Source of the DNA: an uncultured virus (IMG/VR IMGVR_UViG_3300021373_001770)
Lineage: Duplodnaviria > Heunggongvirae > Uroviricota > Caudoviricetes
Virus record (IMG/VR): IMGVR_UViG_3300021373_001770
Span: 1 to 64,000 of that record
Direction: 5' to 3' (one strand)
Length of the DNA stretch: 64,000 nucleotides
The notes below the pieces were generated by a model, which worked only from the letters and a program-made list of their open reading frames with translations, was not told where the DNA came from and did no database searches. This document shows, piece by piece, positions 27,803 through 38,000 of this stretch. The position numbers and the translations under genes were made by a program. Positions within the stretch are counted from its first letter, which is position 1. Each line of letters opens with the position of its first letter.

Positions 27803-28822
27803 ATGGAAGATTACACAATTGTTGAAAAGTATCAACACACAAAAAAGAATAGCACAATTGCTATTCGTCCTTATTTTAATCCAAGCAAAGAAAATATGGG
27901 TTTAGAAGCATATGGGCTATCATTACATGATGGTGTATGGCATCAAGAAAGTTTAGCTTGTTTAGAAATGAATGGAGTCAAGAGATACGTTACAGGTCTT
28001 AATGAGTTTGCTCCTGAAGTTAAAATGCTTGATCCTAAAAAGAAAAAAGAAAAAATTGCAGAAATTAGAAAAGTAGTTTCTGAGTTAGAAGCAGAGTTAG
28101 CTGCTAATGTAGTTGATCCTGAAGATAAAGATTTTTGGAACAAACTTACAGTTATGAAACCTGATAACTCAAAGTTTTGGGATAAGATTGAAATTAGATG
28201 TGGTAATGATCCAGTGTTTTTAGAACCTGATACTGATCCGTATGACAAAATAAAATTATATGCTATTAAAGCTGGGGGTTTTTCTATTGTTGCTAAATCA
28301 TTAGCTGAAGCTAAAAGATCTCAGAAAGAACCTAAATTTTATTTAGATACAGTTAAAGAAACTCTTACAACAAGAACAGAGTTAACTAAAATTAAAAATA
28401 AAGCATTATCTAATTTGCAAAAACTTTATGATGGTAATGCAACTAAATTGATGTATGTTTCAAAAGTAGTTGATGTAGATAGTGTACAATATACTAAGAA
28501 CACACCTAATGATATCATGTATGAAAATATGGATACATATATAACAGGTAATGGTGCAGAGAGCAACAAGAAAAGAGCAGCATCACAGTTTTTAGAAGTA
28601 TCTGAATTAGATATGGAAGAATTAAAATTAAGAGCATTAATAAAAGATGCCTTATATTATAGATTTCTATTAACTAAAGCAGGTGGTTGGATAGAGCCAA
28701 TGGATAGTGGTGTTAGGTTAGGTAAAAGACCGCATGAATGTTTGGAATTTTTAAAAGATCCAAATAATGAAGAAACGTTATTATCATTATTGGATAAAGT
28801 AGAACCATACTGGAATTCATAA
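27803..28822 (+). CDS. Conserved crAss-like protein downstream of MCP
   Basis: 339 aa; synteny with the crAss capsid module. Confidence 0.65.
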   Translation: MEDYTIVEKYQHTKKNSTIAIRPYFNPSKENMGLEAYGLSLHDGVWHQESLACLEMNGVKRYVTGLNEFAPEVKMLDPKKKKEKIAEIRKVVSELEAELAANVVDPEDKDFWNKLTVMKPDNSKFWDKIEIRCGNDPVFLEPDTDPYDKIKLYAIKAGGFSIVAKSLAEAKRSQKEPKFYLDTVKETLTTRTELTKIKNKALSNLQKLYDGNATKLMYVSKVVDVDSVQYTKNTPNDIMYENMDTYITGNGAESNKKRAASQFLEVSELDMEELKLRALIKDALYYRFLLTKAGGWIEPMDSGVRLGKRPHECLEFLKDPNNEETLLSLLDKVEPYWNS

Positions 28823-28832
28823 TATATAAAAA

Positions 28833-29537
28833 ATGGAAAATAGTACACTCTTAATTAAAATAAAACAAAGGCTCAATAAGCTTGATAGCAATGACTATGA
28901 TAACATTGAGTGTTGGCAATTTATAGAAGCCTTTAATAAAGCACAAATTGAGTGGTGTAGAAGAAATCTTCATGGTGGAAATATGTATAAGGAAGGGGAT
29001 GAGCTATCTAAAAAAAGGATAGATGATCTCCAACCTTTACTTATTGAATTATCATTAACAGGAACTGTTACAGAAACTTATTTTGAAACTAATAATTTTC
29101 CAGTAGATGAATATTTAGAATATAAACGTGTAACAACACAGGCAAAAGATGATTGTTGTACACCTAGATCTATGACTGTTTATTTAGCTGAGGAAGCTAA
29201 TGTACCTCTTTTATTAAGAGATCCATTAAAAAATCCAAGTTTTGAATGGGGTGAAACTTTTTGTACTATGTTAAATAATACAATAAGAATATATAAAAAT
29301 GAAAATTTTGATATTGTAAATCCAATATTAACATATTATAGAAAACCAACTTTAATACAAATACCAGATTGTGTAGATCCATATACTGGGCAAGTAAGTA
29401 CAGTAAATGTAAATTGTGAATTCAAAGATGATTTAGTAGAAGTTATACTTGATGATACAGCAGCATTAATAGCTGGTGATATAGAAAATATGTATCAGCA
29501 GCAAAGAGGTACACAATCTGCAGAAAGGAATAATTAA
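28833..29537 (+). CDS. Tail ring (tubular) protein
   Basis: LNKLDSN...FNKAQ...LTYYRKP; ring-protein size and synteny. Confidence 0.65.
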   Translation: MENSTLLIKIKQRLNKLDSNDYDNIECWQFIEAFNKAQIEWCRRNLHGGNMYKEGDELSKKRIDDLQPLLIELSLTGTVTETYFETNNFPVDEYLEYKRVTTQAKDDCCTPRSMTVYLAEEANVPLLLRDPLKNPSFEWGETFCTMLNNTIRIYKNENFDIVNPILTYYRKPTLIQIPDCVDPYTGQVSTVNVNCEFKDDLVEVILDDTAALIAGDIENMYQQQRGTQSAERNN

Positions 29538-29665
29538 TGTATTGTTTTTTTAACTAAAAATGATTATATTATTATAGTAACAATGAAGTTACGAACAGAG
29601 TAAACTGTTAAAATCTTTATTTATAACCAGTGAGGGTAATGGTCCTCACACAAATTTTATTTATT

Positions 29666-31147
29666 ATGGCTTATTTTAATAATGCGTTTAACAAGACGTT
29701 TGTTGTGTCTTCAGTAGATACTGCTGGTGGAACAGCAACAAGCGCACTTACCGCAGGACAATTAGGTTTAGTAGATGGAGCTGACTGGCAAACTGTAGCA
29801 GTTGCTGGTGGTGGTGCCGTTCCGGCTATCACTGCTGGAGAGCTTGCTTATGTTGTTGAAGGAGCTTTTTATTCTAAAGACACAATTGGTAACAATCCTG
29901 GACACGGTGGGTACAAAGAGTCTGTAAAATCTAAAGGAATTAATCCAAGATATATTACAAGATTATGGGCTGCTAACTGTCTTAGTGCATCTCAAGCAAC
30001 AGCAAGCTTATCATTAGGTTCTGACTGTGCTCCATGTGGTAAAACACAATTTATGAGAATTGATGTAAAAGGTTCTCCAGCACTAAGATTTTTAAATCAC
30101 AATGCATATGCTATTGGTGATTCTGCAAATGTATGTTGTGTAGAAGGTCAAGAATACATTGATCCTACATTAATTGTTGGTGCAATGGCACAAATGGTTT
30201 TAGCTGACCCGCTAATCAAGCCGTTTGTAGCAGAAGCTGATTTAGATGGTGTAGCAACTGCAACATTATCTGCTGGTGGAACAGGTTATGCTGTTGCTTC
30301 AGGTGTTGCAACTACTGGTGGATCAGGATCAGGAGCTAAGGTGAACATTGATTCTCTTGGTACTTCTGATGCTGTAGCAACATTTTCAATTGCTGATGTA
30401 GGTAGTGGTTATGCTGCTGCAGATGTATTAACTATTACTGGTGGTAACGCTGATGCAACATTTATTGTTGATACAGTTACTGAAGGTGGTGTTATTGTAA
30501 GTGTTACTGACGCAGCTGGTGAAGTTGTACAATCAGTTTATTCAATTGCACAAACACAAGATGGTACATACACTCCTTCTACAACTCCAAACACATCAGG
30601 AGCTAAAGTTTCTGCTGAAGTTAAATTTGTAGGTGCATATGTTGATACTGTTTTTGGTAATTGTTCATTTAGAACTACTGATCACTTTAATGCAGAGCCT
30701 GTTGAAATCATTGTATCTTTACTTGATGAGACTGGTAATCCTTGTAATGATTGTGGTGTAGCTTCATCTACTCCAGGTTCAATGCAACAAACTCAAGGTG
30801 AAGAAGTACTTAGAGAATTAATTTTATCTGAAAGATACCGTCAGAGTCCTTTTAATCAAGGTAATGCTGATAGTTCAAGAATCAGAGAAATTGAAATGTC
30901 TTCTGAAATCCTTGCTGCTGTAGATAGATCAGCTACATATAGAGCATATTACATTCAACATTCTGTACCAAGATTCAACAATCCTTCTGGAGTGTTTGAT
31001 AATGATCAGTATGTTTACAAAATTTATGTAAAATGTGATGATGCTGCTGGACAAGCTGCAGTTGTTGACCTTATGGAAGGGTTAGAAGCTTGGGCAGGTG
31101 ATAACGGAAACAAAATTGTATTTGAAGATACTAACGTATACTGGTAA
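29666..31147 (+). CDS. Auxiliary capsid/structural protein
   Basis: The ATG at 29666 is preferred because the GTG at 29630 lies in a hairpin. It has its own promoter and terminator, and synteny with the crAss auxiliary capsid gene. Confidence 0.6.
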   Translation: MAYFNNAFNKTFVVSSVDTAGGTATSALTAGQLGLVDGADWQTVAVAGGGAVPAITAGELAYVVEGAFYSKDTIGNNPGHGGYKESVKSKGINPRYITRLWAANCLSASQATASLSLGSDCAPCGKTQFMRIDVKGSPALRFLNHNAYAIGDSANVCCVEGQEYIDPTLIVGAMAQMVLADPLIKPFVAEADLDGVATATLSAGGTGYAVASGVATTGGSGSGAKVNIDSLGTSDAVATFSIADVGSGYAAADVLTITGGNADATFIVDTVTEGGVIVSVTDAAGEVVQSVYSIAQTQDGTYTPSTTPNTSGAKVSAEVKFVGAYVDTVFGNCSFRTTDHFNAEPVEIIVSLLDETGNPCNDCGVASSTPGSMQQTQGEEVLRELILSERYRQSPFNQGNADSSRIREIEMSSEILAAVDRSATYRAYYIQHSVPRFNNPSGVFDNDQYVYKIYVKCDDAAGQAAVVDLMEGLEAWAGDNGNKIVFEDTNVYW

Positions 31148-31171
31148 TACATATTAATGTTTAAATTAATT

Positions 31172-31200
31172 AGAGCAGGGGGAAATCTCCTGCTCTTTTT
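31172..31200 (+). terminator. Intrinsic terminator
   Basis: AGAGCAGGGG-gaaa-TCTCCTGCTCT followed by TTTT. Confidence 0.85.
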
Positions 31201-31260
31201 ATTTTATATATTCTTGTTTTTTTTGTATATTATCTATATAGTGTATTAAAGTAACAAAAA

Positions 31261-31836
31261 ATGGCAAGCAGACATATATTAAGTTTAGAAATTCCCACAG
31301 TATCTAACTGTGATTTATTGTGTATAAAAGACACTAGTCAATATTCTAAAGAATTGGCTGTTGATTGTGAAGAATTATTAATAACCTTACCTGGTTATTC
31401 GGTACCTGTTTTAATAAAAGTTGATAAAGATTTTGATATGTGCCTAACTGCATGTACTCTTTCTTTACAAAAAGAAGATTGTGGAACTAAACAATCACAA
31501 ATTCCTGATGGTATTTACATTATAAAATATAGTGTATCACCTAACTCTAAAGTGTATGTTGAATATAATCATTTAAGAGTAACTAAATTACTAACTACTT
31601 ATTATGAAGTATTGTGTGATTTAGATGTGCAAGCATGTCAGCCAGATTCTGATAAACAGGAATTATTATCAGAAATGTATTATATAAGAACAATAATTGA
31701 TGCGGCAGTATCTAATGTAGAATATTGTCAATCATCTGCACAAGGTATGCAGTTATATAATTATGCAAAACAAATGTTAAACAAGATATCTTGTCCATCA
31801 GGTAATTGTGGATCAAGTTCAAAATATTTAATATAA
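31261..31836 (+). CDS. Tail hub/collar-like structural protein
   Basis: IPDGIYIIKYSV; position before the fibres; Cys-rich. Confidence 0.55.
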   Translation: MASRHILSLEIPTVSNCDLLCIKDTSQYSKELAVDCEELLITLPGYSVPVLIKVDKDFDMCLTACTLSLQKEDCGTKQSQIPDGIYIIKYSVSPNSKVYVEYNHLRVTKLLTTYYEVLCDLDVQACQPDSDKQELLSEMYYIRTIIDAAVSNVEYCQSSAQGMQLYNYAKQMLNKISCPSGNCGSSSKYLI

Positions 31837-31848
31837 ACCAACAATAGA

Positions 31849-32031
31849 ATGGCAAATTGTACCAAATGTAATAAAGTATTTACTTGTGGATGTCAAAAAG
31901 CTAGATCAAGTACAGGTGAACTTGTATGTAAACCATGCGCAGCTAAAGAAAGAGCTGAAATGGATTTATCATCAAGAGATTTATCTTTAGAATTAGCAAA
32001 ACAACAGATACAAGATTTAAGAAATAAGTAA
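31849..32031 (+). CDS. Small Cys-rich protein
   Basis: CTKC...CGCQ...CKPC. Confidence 0.65.
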   Translation: MANCTKCNKVFTCGCQKARSSTGELVCKPCAAKERAEMDLSSRDLSLELAKQQIQDLRNK

Positions 32032-32038
32032 AAAAAAT

Positions 32039-32581
32039 ATGGCATCATCTATAGTAGCAACATCTAATACTGCTCAAGAAAAAGAATTGAGTCTTTTAAA
32101 GAGAATCAAGACTGAGCAGAATTTTGCAAAACAAGCTTATGCTAAGTTTCAATCTGCAAGGTTTGGAATTGCATCATGTTGTTATACAGATTTTCAATCT
32201 GCCAATGTAAAAAAAGAATTATGTGATTGGCAAAATGCTGCATCATCAAAAGTTGTTGTAGCATCAGGTGTATCAGGAGTATTTGTTGAACCATTAGCTT
32301 CAATAAATATTAAAGCTAGCCAATCTTGTCCTCCTACACCAACTAATGTTTGTACAGTATTAGATTTAGCAGAAATAATTGCTGATACTGGAACTTATGT
32401 TTTCTGTCAAGATGCACCATTAGCTGTTTGGACTATTACTCATAACATGGGTAAATTTCCATCAGTTACAGTTGTAGATAGTGGAAATAGTGTGGTTGTG
32501 GGAGATATAGATTATACTAATTCAAATGTATTAGTTATAACATTTGCAAGTCCATTTAATGGGTGTGCATATTTAAATTAA
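32039..32581 (+). CDS. Structural protein with C-terminal fibre-type domain
   Basis: WTITHNMGKFPSVTVVD...GCAYLN. Confidence 0.65.
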   Translation: MASSIVATSNTAQEKELSLLKRIKTEQNFAKQAYAKFQSARFGIASCCYTDFQSANVKKELCDWQNAASSKVVVASGVSGVFVEPLASINIKASQSCPPTPTNVCTVLDLAEIIADTGTYVFCQDAPLAVWTITHNMGKFPSVTVVDSGNSVVVGDIDYTNSNVLVITFASPFNGCAYLN

Positions 32582-32616
32582 AAAAAAGTAAAACAATAAC
32601 AATAAATTAAATAATT

Positions 32617-34932
32617 ATGGCAAGTATCAAATTTTTAAACAATATTACCTTAGTGGGTAATCAGCTAGAATTAGCTAGGATTCAAAATTTAGGTAGTGCT
32701 CCCACAGTTTATGGTGATGGTCAATTATATTATGATACTGCCACCAACAAACTTACATTACGTGAAAACGGAAATTGGGTGCCTATCCAAACAGGGACAG
32801 AAGTATCTTATGATTTAACTGTACCAAGTGGAACAACAGCAATTAGATTAACTGATGGAACTACAAATGATGATATCACTATTACAGGTGGTACAAATGT
32901 AACAGTTGTAAGAACAAGCGCAACAGAACTTACTATTAATGCAACAGATTCTGCTGCAGGTACAGTAACTAGTGTAGGTGGAGGAACTGGTATTACAATA
33001 AGTGGTACACCTACAGTTACACCAACTGTTAATATAGATTATTTAGGTTCAGACAACGCAATTTTAGCCACACCATCAACTGGCACTCCGGTTGGTGCTG
33101 ATACAATATGGTTCTCAGACGCTGATGATAGTAACATCAAAAAGGCTACTATTTCAGCATTTCCAGGTTTTGGTAAAGATGGTACAGTAACAAGCGTTGG
33201 TACTGGAAACTCAACATTTATATCTGGATCAGGTGGACCAATTACAGGCGCAGGAAATTTAACATATAGTTTAAGTGCAACAGGAACACCAAGTGCAACT
33301 ACATTCCTTAGAGGTGATAATGCTTGGGCTACTCCTGCTGGTGCATATACAGACTGGAAATTAATTGGTGATGGCGGTACACCAGTAGATATTGGTGATG
33401 GTGAATCAGTAAACTTTATAGGTGGTGCAGGTATTGATGCTACAGCTGCAAGTGGAACACCAAATACTTTAACATTAGCTTTAGATCTTAATGAATTACA
33501 AGCTGTATCTGCAGCTTCATCTGATTATATTGCTATTGTAGATTCAACAGATAACTCTACTAAAAAAGCATTAGTTAGTAGTTTACCATTTACTAACAAT
33601 AGTGGTGTAACTTCAATTGACTTAGCTGGTGATAGTGGTACAACAAGTGCCATTACCTCAACAGGTACCTTTACTATTGCAGGCGGGACAAACGTTACAA
33701 CATCTGCTTCAGGTACTACAGTAACAATTAATTCTACAGATCAATTCCAAGGTACAGTAACAAGTGTAACTGCTGGACTTGGTTTAACTCAGACAGGTAC
33801 AAGCACTGTTAATCCTACAATATTAGTGGATTATACTAATGCAGGTATTATTGCTGATGCAACCGGTATGTCTGGTAGTGCAGAAGCTGATGATATTATT
33901 TTATTAGCTGATGACAGTTTAAGTGGTGCAGTTAGAAGTGCTTCTTTAGTTGATATTCCATTAAACGTACTTGGATTACCTAATGCTGATTTAAATATAA
34001 ATTCTCAAAAACTTACTTCAGTTGCAAATGGTACAGCTGGTACAGATGGTGTTAACTTAGGGCAAGTTCAAGGATTGATTGCTGGTGTAGGTTTATTCAA
34101 AGGTGGATATAATGCAAATACAGGTTTAACTACAGATTTAGGTGCAGGAAATGGTTCATTAGATGGAGCAAGTAACATTGCTTTAGACTTAGGTGACTTC
34201 TTTGCTGTAACAGTTGCAGGTACTGCATTCTTTACAGAATCATTAGAGCCTGGTGATATGATCTATGCTAATACTGATATTGCAGCTAATTCAAGTCCTT
34301 CAATTAGTGATTATACTGTAGTAATACAAGATGCAAACGTTGCTGGTGTAGGTGCTACAGATGGTGGAACAGATAAAGGTGTTGCTGGATTTAGCAGTGC
34401 ATCTTTTGCTGGTACAACAAACGGATTTATTACAATTAAAGCTGGTGGTATTAGTGATGCTCAGTTAGCAAGTACATTTAATAAGATTATTGGTACTGAC
34501 TCAGATATTAATACTTCAGGTGTTGATGTAATTGATCAGTTAAATATGACTGATGGTGTTATTCAATCACACTCTACAAGAACATTACCTGATTCAACAG
34601 AAAGTGCACGTGGTGTAACTGAAATTGCTACACAAGCAGAAGTAGATGCAGGAACAGATGACTTCAGATATGTTACTCCTGAGAAGTTGGCAAATTATGC
34701 AAGTATTAAAACTTTTGTAGGTACATATCCTGCTACAAATACTAATAGTTGGACAGTAGCTCATGGTTTAGGAACAGCTGATGTAATCGTACAAATTTAT
34801 GAGTTATCATCAGGAGCAACTGTATATGCAGATGTACAAAGAGATACGTCATCTCCATATAGTTTAACTATTAACACAGGCTCAACTACTACAGCAAGTA
34901 CGCTTAGAGTTATGGTTACTAGAGTGGGATAA
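32617..34932 (+). CDS. Tail fibre protein
   Basis: GTVTSV repeats, RGVTEIATQAEVDAGTDD..YVTP (T4 gp12/gp34-type repeat) and a C-terminal VAHGLGT. Confidence 0.85.
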   Translation: MASIKFLNNITLVGNQLELARIQNLGSAPTVYGDGQLYYDTATNKLTLRENGNWVPIQTGTEVSYDLTVPSGTTAIRLTDGTTNDDITITGGTNVTVVRTSATELTINATDSAAGTVTSVGGGTGITISGTPTVTPTVNIDYLGSDNAILATPSTGTPVGADTIWFSDADDSNIKKATISAFPGFGKDGTVTSVGTGNSTFISGSGGPITGAGNLTYSLSATGTPSATTFLRGDNAWATPAGAYTDWKLIGDGGTPVDIGDGESVNFIGGAGIDATAASGTPNTLTLALDLNELQAVSAASSDYIAIVDSTDNSTKKALVSSLPFTNNSGVTSIDLAGDSGTTSAITSTGTFTIAGGTNVTTSASGTTVTINSTDQFQGTVTSVTAGLGLTQTGTSTVNPTILVDYTNAGIIADATGMSGSAEADDIILLADDSLSGAVRSASLVDIPLNVLGLPNADLNINSQKLTSVANGTAGTDGVNLGQVQGLIAGVGLFKGGYNANTGLTTDLGAGNGSLDGASNIALDLGDFFAVTVAGTAFFTESLEPGDMIYANTDIAANSSPSISDYTVVIQDANVAGVGATDGGTDKGVAGFSSASFAGTTNGFITIKAGGISDAQLASTFNKIIGTDSDINTSGVDVIDQLNMTDGVIQSHSTRTLPDSTESARGVTEIATQAEVDAGTDDFRYVTPEKLANYASIKTFVGTYPATNTNSWTVAHGLGTADVIVQIYELSSGATVYADVQRDTSSPYSLTINTGSTTTASTLRVMVTRVG

Positions 34933-34940
34933 TAAATATT

Positions 34941-34975
34941 CAGAGAGGATAATTAATTTTATCCTCTCTAAATTA
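34941..34975 (+). terminator. Hairpin/terminator
   Basis: AGAGAGGATAA/TTATCCTCTCT inverted repeat. Confidence 0.6.
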
Positions 34976-35003
34976 TTTTGTATTTTTGGTAAAAATTATA
35001 TAG

Positions 35004-38000
35004 ATGGCAATAAAATTCTTAAATAGTCAATCCATAACGGGTTCCCTTACAGTTAGTTCAATATCTAATGCGTCATCTGATACAGATAAGTTTTTAGTAA
35101 GTGATAATGGTATTATTAAATATAGAACCGGTGCTCAAGTTAGATCTGATATAGGTGCTGGTACAGGTGATGGTTCTGTAACTTCTGTAGGTTTAGGATC
35201 ATTAGATGGAATATCTGGTTCTATTGCTAATCAAACAACAACACCATCAATAAGTCTTACAAATACTGATAAAGGATCAGCACAAAATATATTTAAAAAT
35301 GTTGCGGTTTCAGGACAAGGAACAATTGTAGCTGATTCAAATAATGATACTATAACGTTAGTAGGTACAGGAGTATCAATAACTACTAATGCTACAACTG
35401 ATACAATTACATTTACAGCATCTAATAATTATTTAACAAGTGCAACATTTAATACTTCAGACGGTGTATTAACACTTAATAGACAAGGTCTTTCTGCAGT
35501 GACTGTTGATCTTGATGGTAGATATGTAACAAGTTCAGGTGTAACATCAATAGCTACACAAAATGGTATTACTGGCGGTACAATAACTTCAATAGGAACA
35601 CTTGAAGTAGATGCCACAGTAGTAAGAACATCAGGTGCTCAAACTATAGCAGGTGAAAAAACTTTTACAAATCAATTAGCTGTAGATACAGCTGGTGGTA
35701 GTGAAAGAATGAGATTATTTAATGAAAATAATACAGCACCCATAGCAGATAGTTTTTCAGGTAATACATCAAAATCATATATATATTTTGATACAGTATC
35801 TGGATCAAATGATCCTGGATACATTATGCATGAAAGTAGTGCAACAGAAACAAATGAAGGTGTATTACATTTAGTTCCTACAGATGATAATGCTACAGGT
35901 GACTATGTAAGTATACATGGAACAAATGATCAAGATGTTTTAAAGTTACACACAAATGGTTTAATTGAATCTGTTAACTTACAATTAGAAATTAAATCAG
36001 GTTCTGGAGCTGTATATGTCAATGATGATTTAACTGTACAGACTGATTTAACAGTATCAGGTGGAGATATTACTTTAGGAGGAACAGGAAGAATACAAGG
36101 AGTAGATACAGTAAGTGCAGGAACTGATGCTGTAAATAAAAACTATGTAGATAATGCAGTTAGTGGATTTGTTGATGGCTCTGGTACAGCTAATGATGTA
36201 GCAATGTGGTCAGATAGTGATACATTAACAGATGCACCAATAGCTATTTCTGGTAATAATGCAACTTTTGCAGGTGATATTTCTATTGCAGGCGGTGATA
36301 TTACTTCTAATGGCATAGAAATTATAAGTAATTCAGCTTCATCAAATATTTTAAAAATAGGTGATATTTCTGTTGATGATTCTATACAACAAATCCATTT
36401 AGATACATGGGGTGCTACACAAATATATTTAGATGATAATGAAACTGATATTAAAAGTGGTACAGTAAAATTTTCTGGTGGAATACAAACATCAGCACCA
36501 ACAACTTATTTAGGTTTAACATCAACTAATTTATTAACAGAAAGAACTGTAGCACAAACTAAAACAGATTTAGGTATTATTACCACTGTTCAAACTGCAA
36601 ATCAAAATAGGATAGCAGTTAGTAACATTAATGGGCCGATTGTATCAATAGATGCAAATACGTCAGCAGTAAGCAGTAGCTCATCAAATTTAGCTACAGG
36701 TGCACAAATACAAACAGCTATAGATACAGCCATAACAGGAGTATTAAAATATCAAGGAACATGGAATGCAAATACTAATACACCAACGCTTACAAGTGGA
36801 TCAGGTACACCAGGTTATTATTACATTGTATCAACAGCAGGGTCTACTAACTTAGATGGCATAACAGATTGGGCTGTAGGAGATTGGGCAGTATTTTCTG
36901 ATCAAGCAACAGATGCGTGGCAAAAAATAGACAACACTCAAGTTGGTAATGTAACAGGTTCAGGTGCTAACACAAGAATACCAATATGGAATAGTTCTTC
37001 AAACTTAACTTCTGATAGTGGTCTCACATTTAATACATCAACAAATGCTTTAGCTGTTAGTGGTGCTGTTACTTGGAGTGGTGGTGGATCTTCAGAATCT
37101 AATAGTGCATATGACAATATGATTACTGGTTTTAGTGATAGTGGTTCATCTACAGTCACCTTAACTTTAACACAGCAAGATGGTGGTACACTATCAACTT
37201 CATTTGCTGTACCACAAGGAACTGTAACAGGTACTGGGTCTAGTGGAAGAGTAGCATATTGGAATTCTTCATCAGGTATAACAAGTGATTCAGCTTTTAC
37301 ATTTACAACTAATAATGGTGGTAGATTACAAGCAAATAATGTAATTCTTCCAAATGATGGAAATTATTTAGGTTTTGATACAAGTGGTAATGCCAGAACT
37401 GTAGCAACACTTGATGCTAATAATAATATTGAAATATCAAACTCTGCTTTACAAAGCGGATCTAATACAAATATATATGGTGGTGATAATACTATATTTT
37501 ATGTAGGAGGTTCAGAAGAATTGAGAATAAATAATGTTGGGGCTATTGGTATTGCTGGAACAAATTATGGTACATCAGGACAAGTTTTAACCTCTTCTGG
37601 TTCAGGATCAAATCCAACATGGTCAAATCCAAATACAGGTAGCAACAATTATGTAAGCTCTGTTAGTTTTAATACTGGTGATGGTATACTTACTCTTAAT
37701 AGAAATGGATTAAGTGCTCTAACTGTTGATTTAGATGGTAGATATAATCCTACTATAGGTACAGATACTGATATCAATACATCAGGATATAGTATTATTG
37801 ATCAGATTAACATGACCGATGGGGTCATAACATCTACTGGTGCAAGAGACTTATTAAATGTACATGTAGAGGATACTAGAGCAGCAGAAAAAACACCTAA
37901 TGATTATCTAGACAAAGCATTATCACTTGACTTTACAGATGAATTTGGTTCACTAGGATCATGGTGGAGTGGTATTACTATGAAAGGTTGGGCTGATAAT

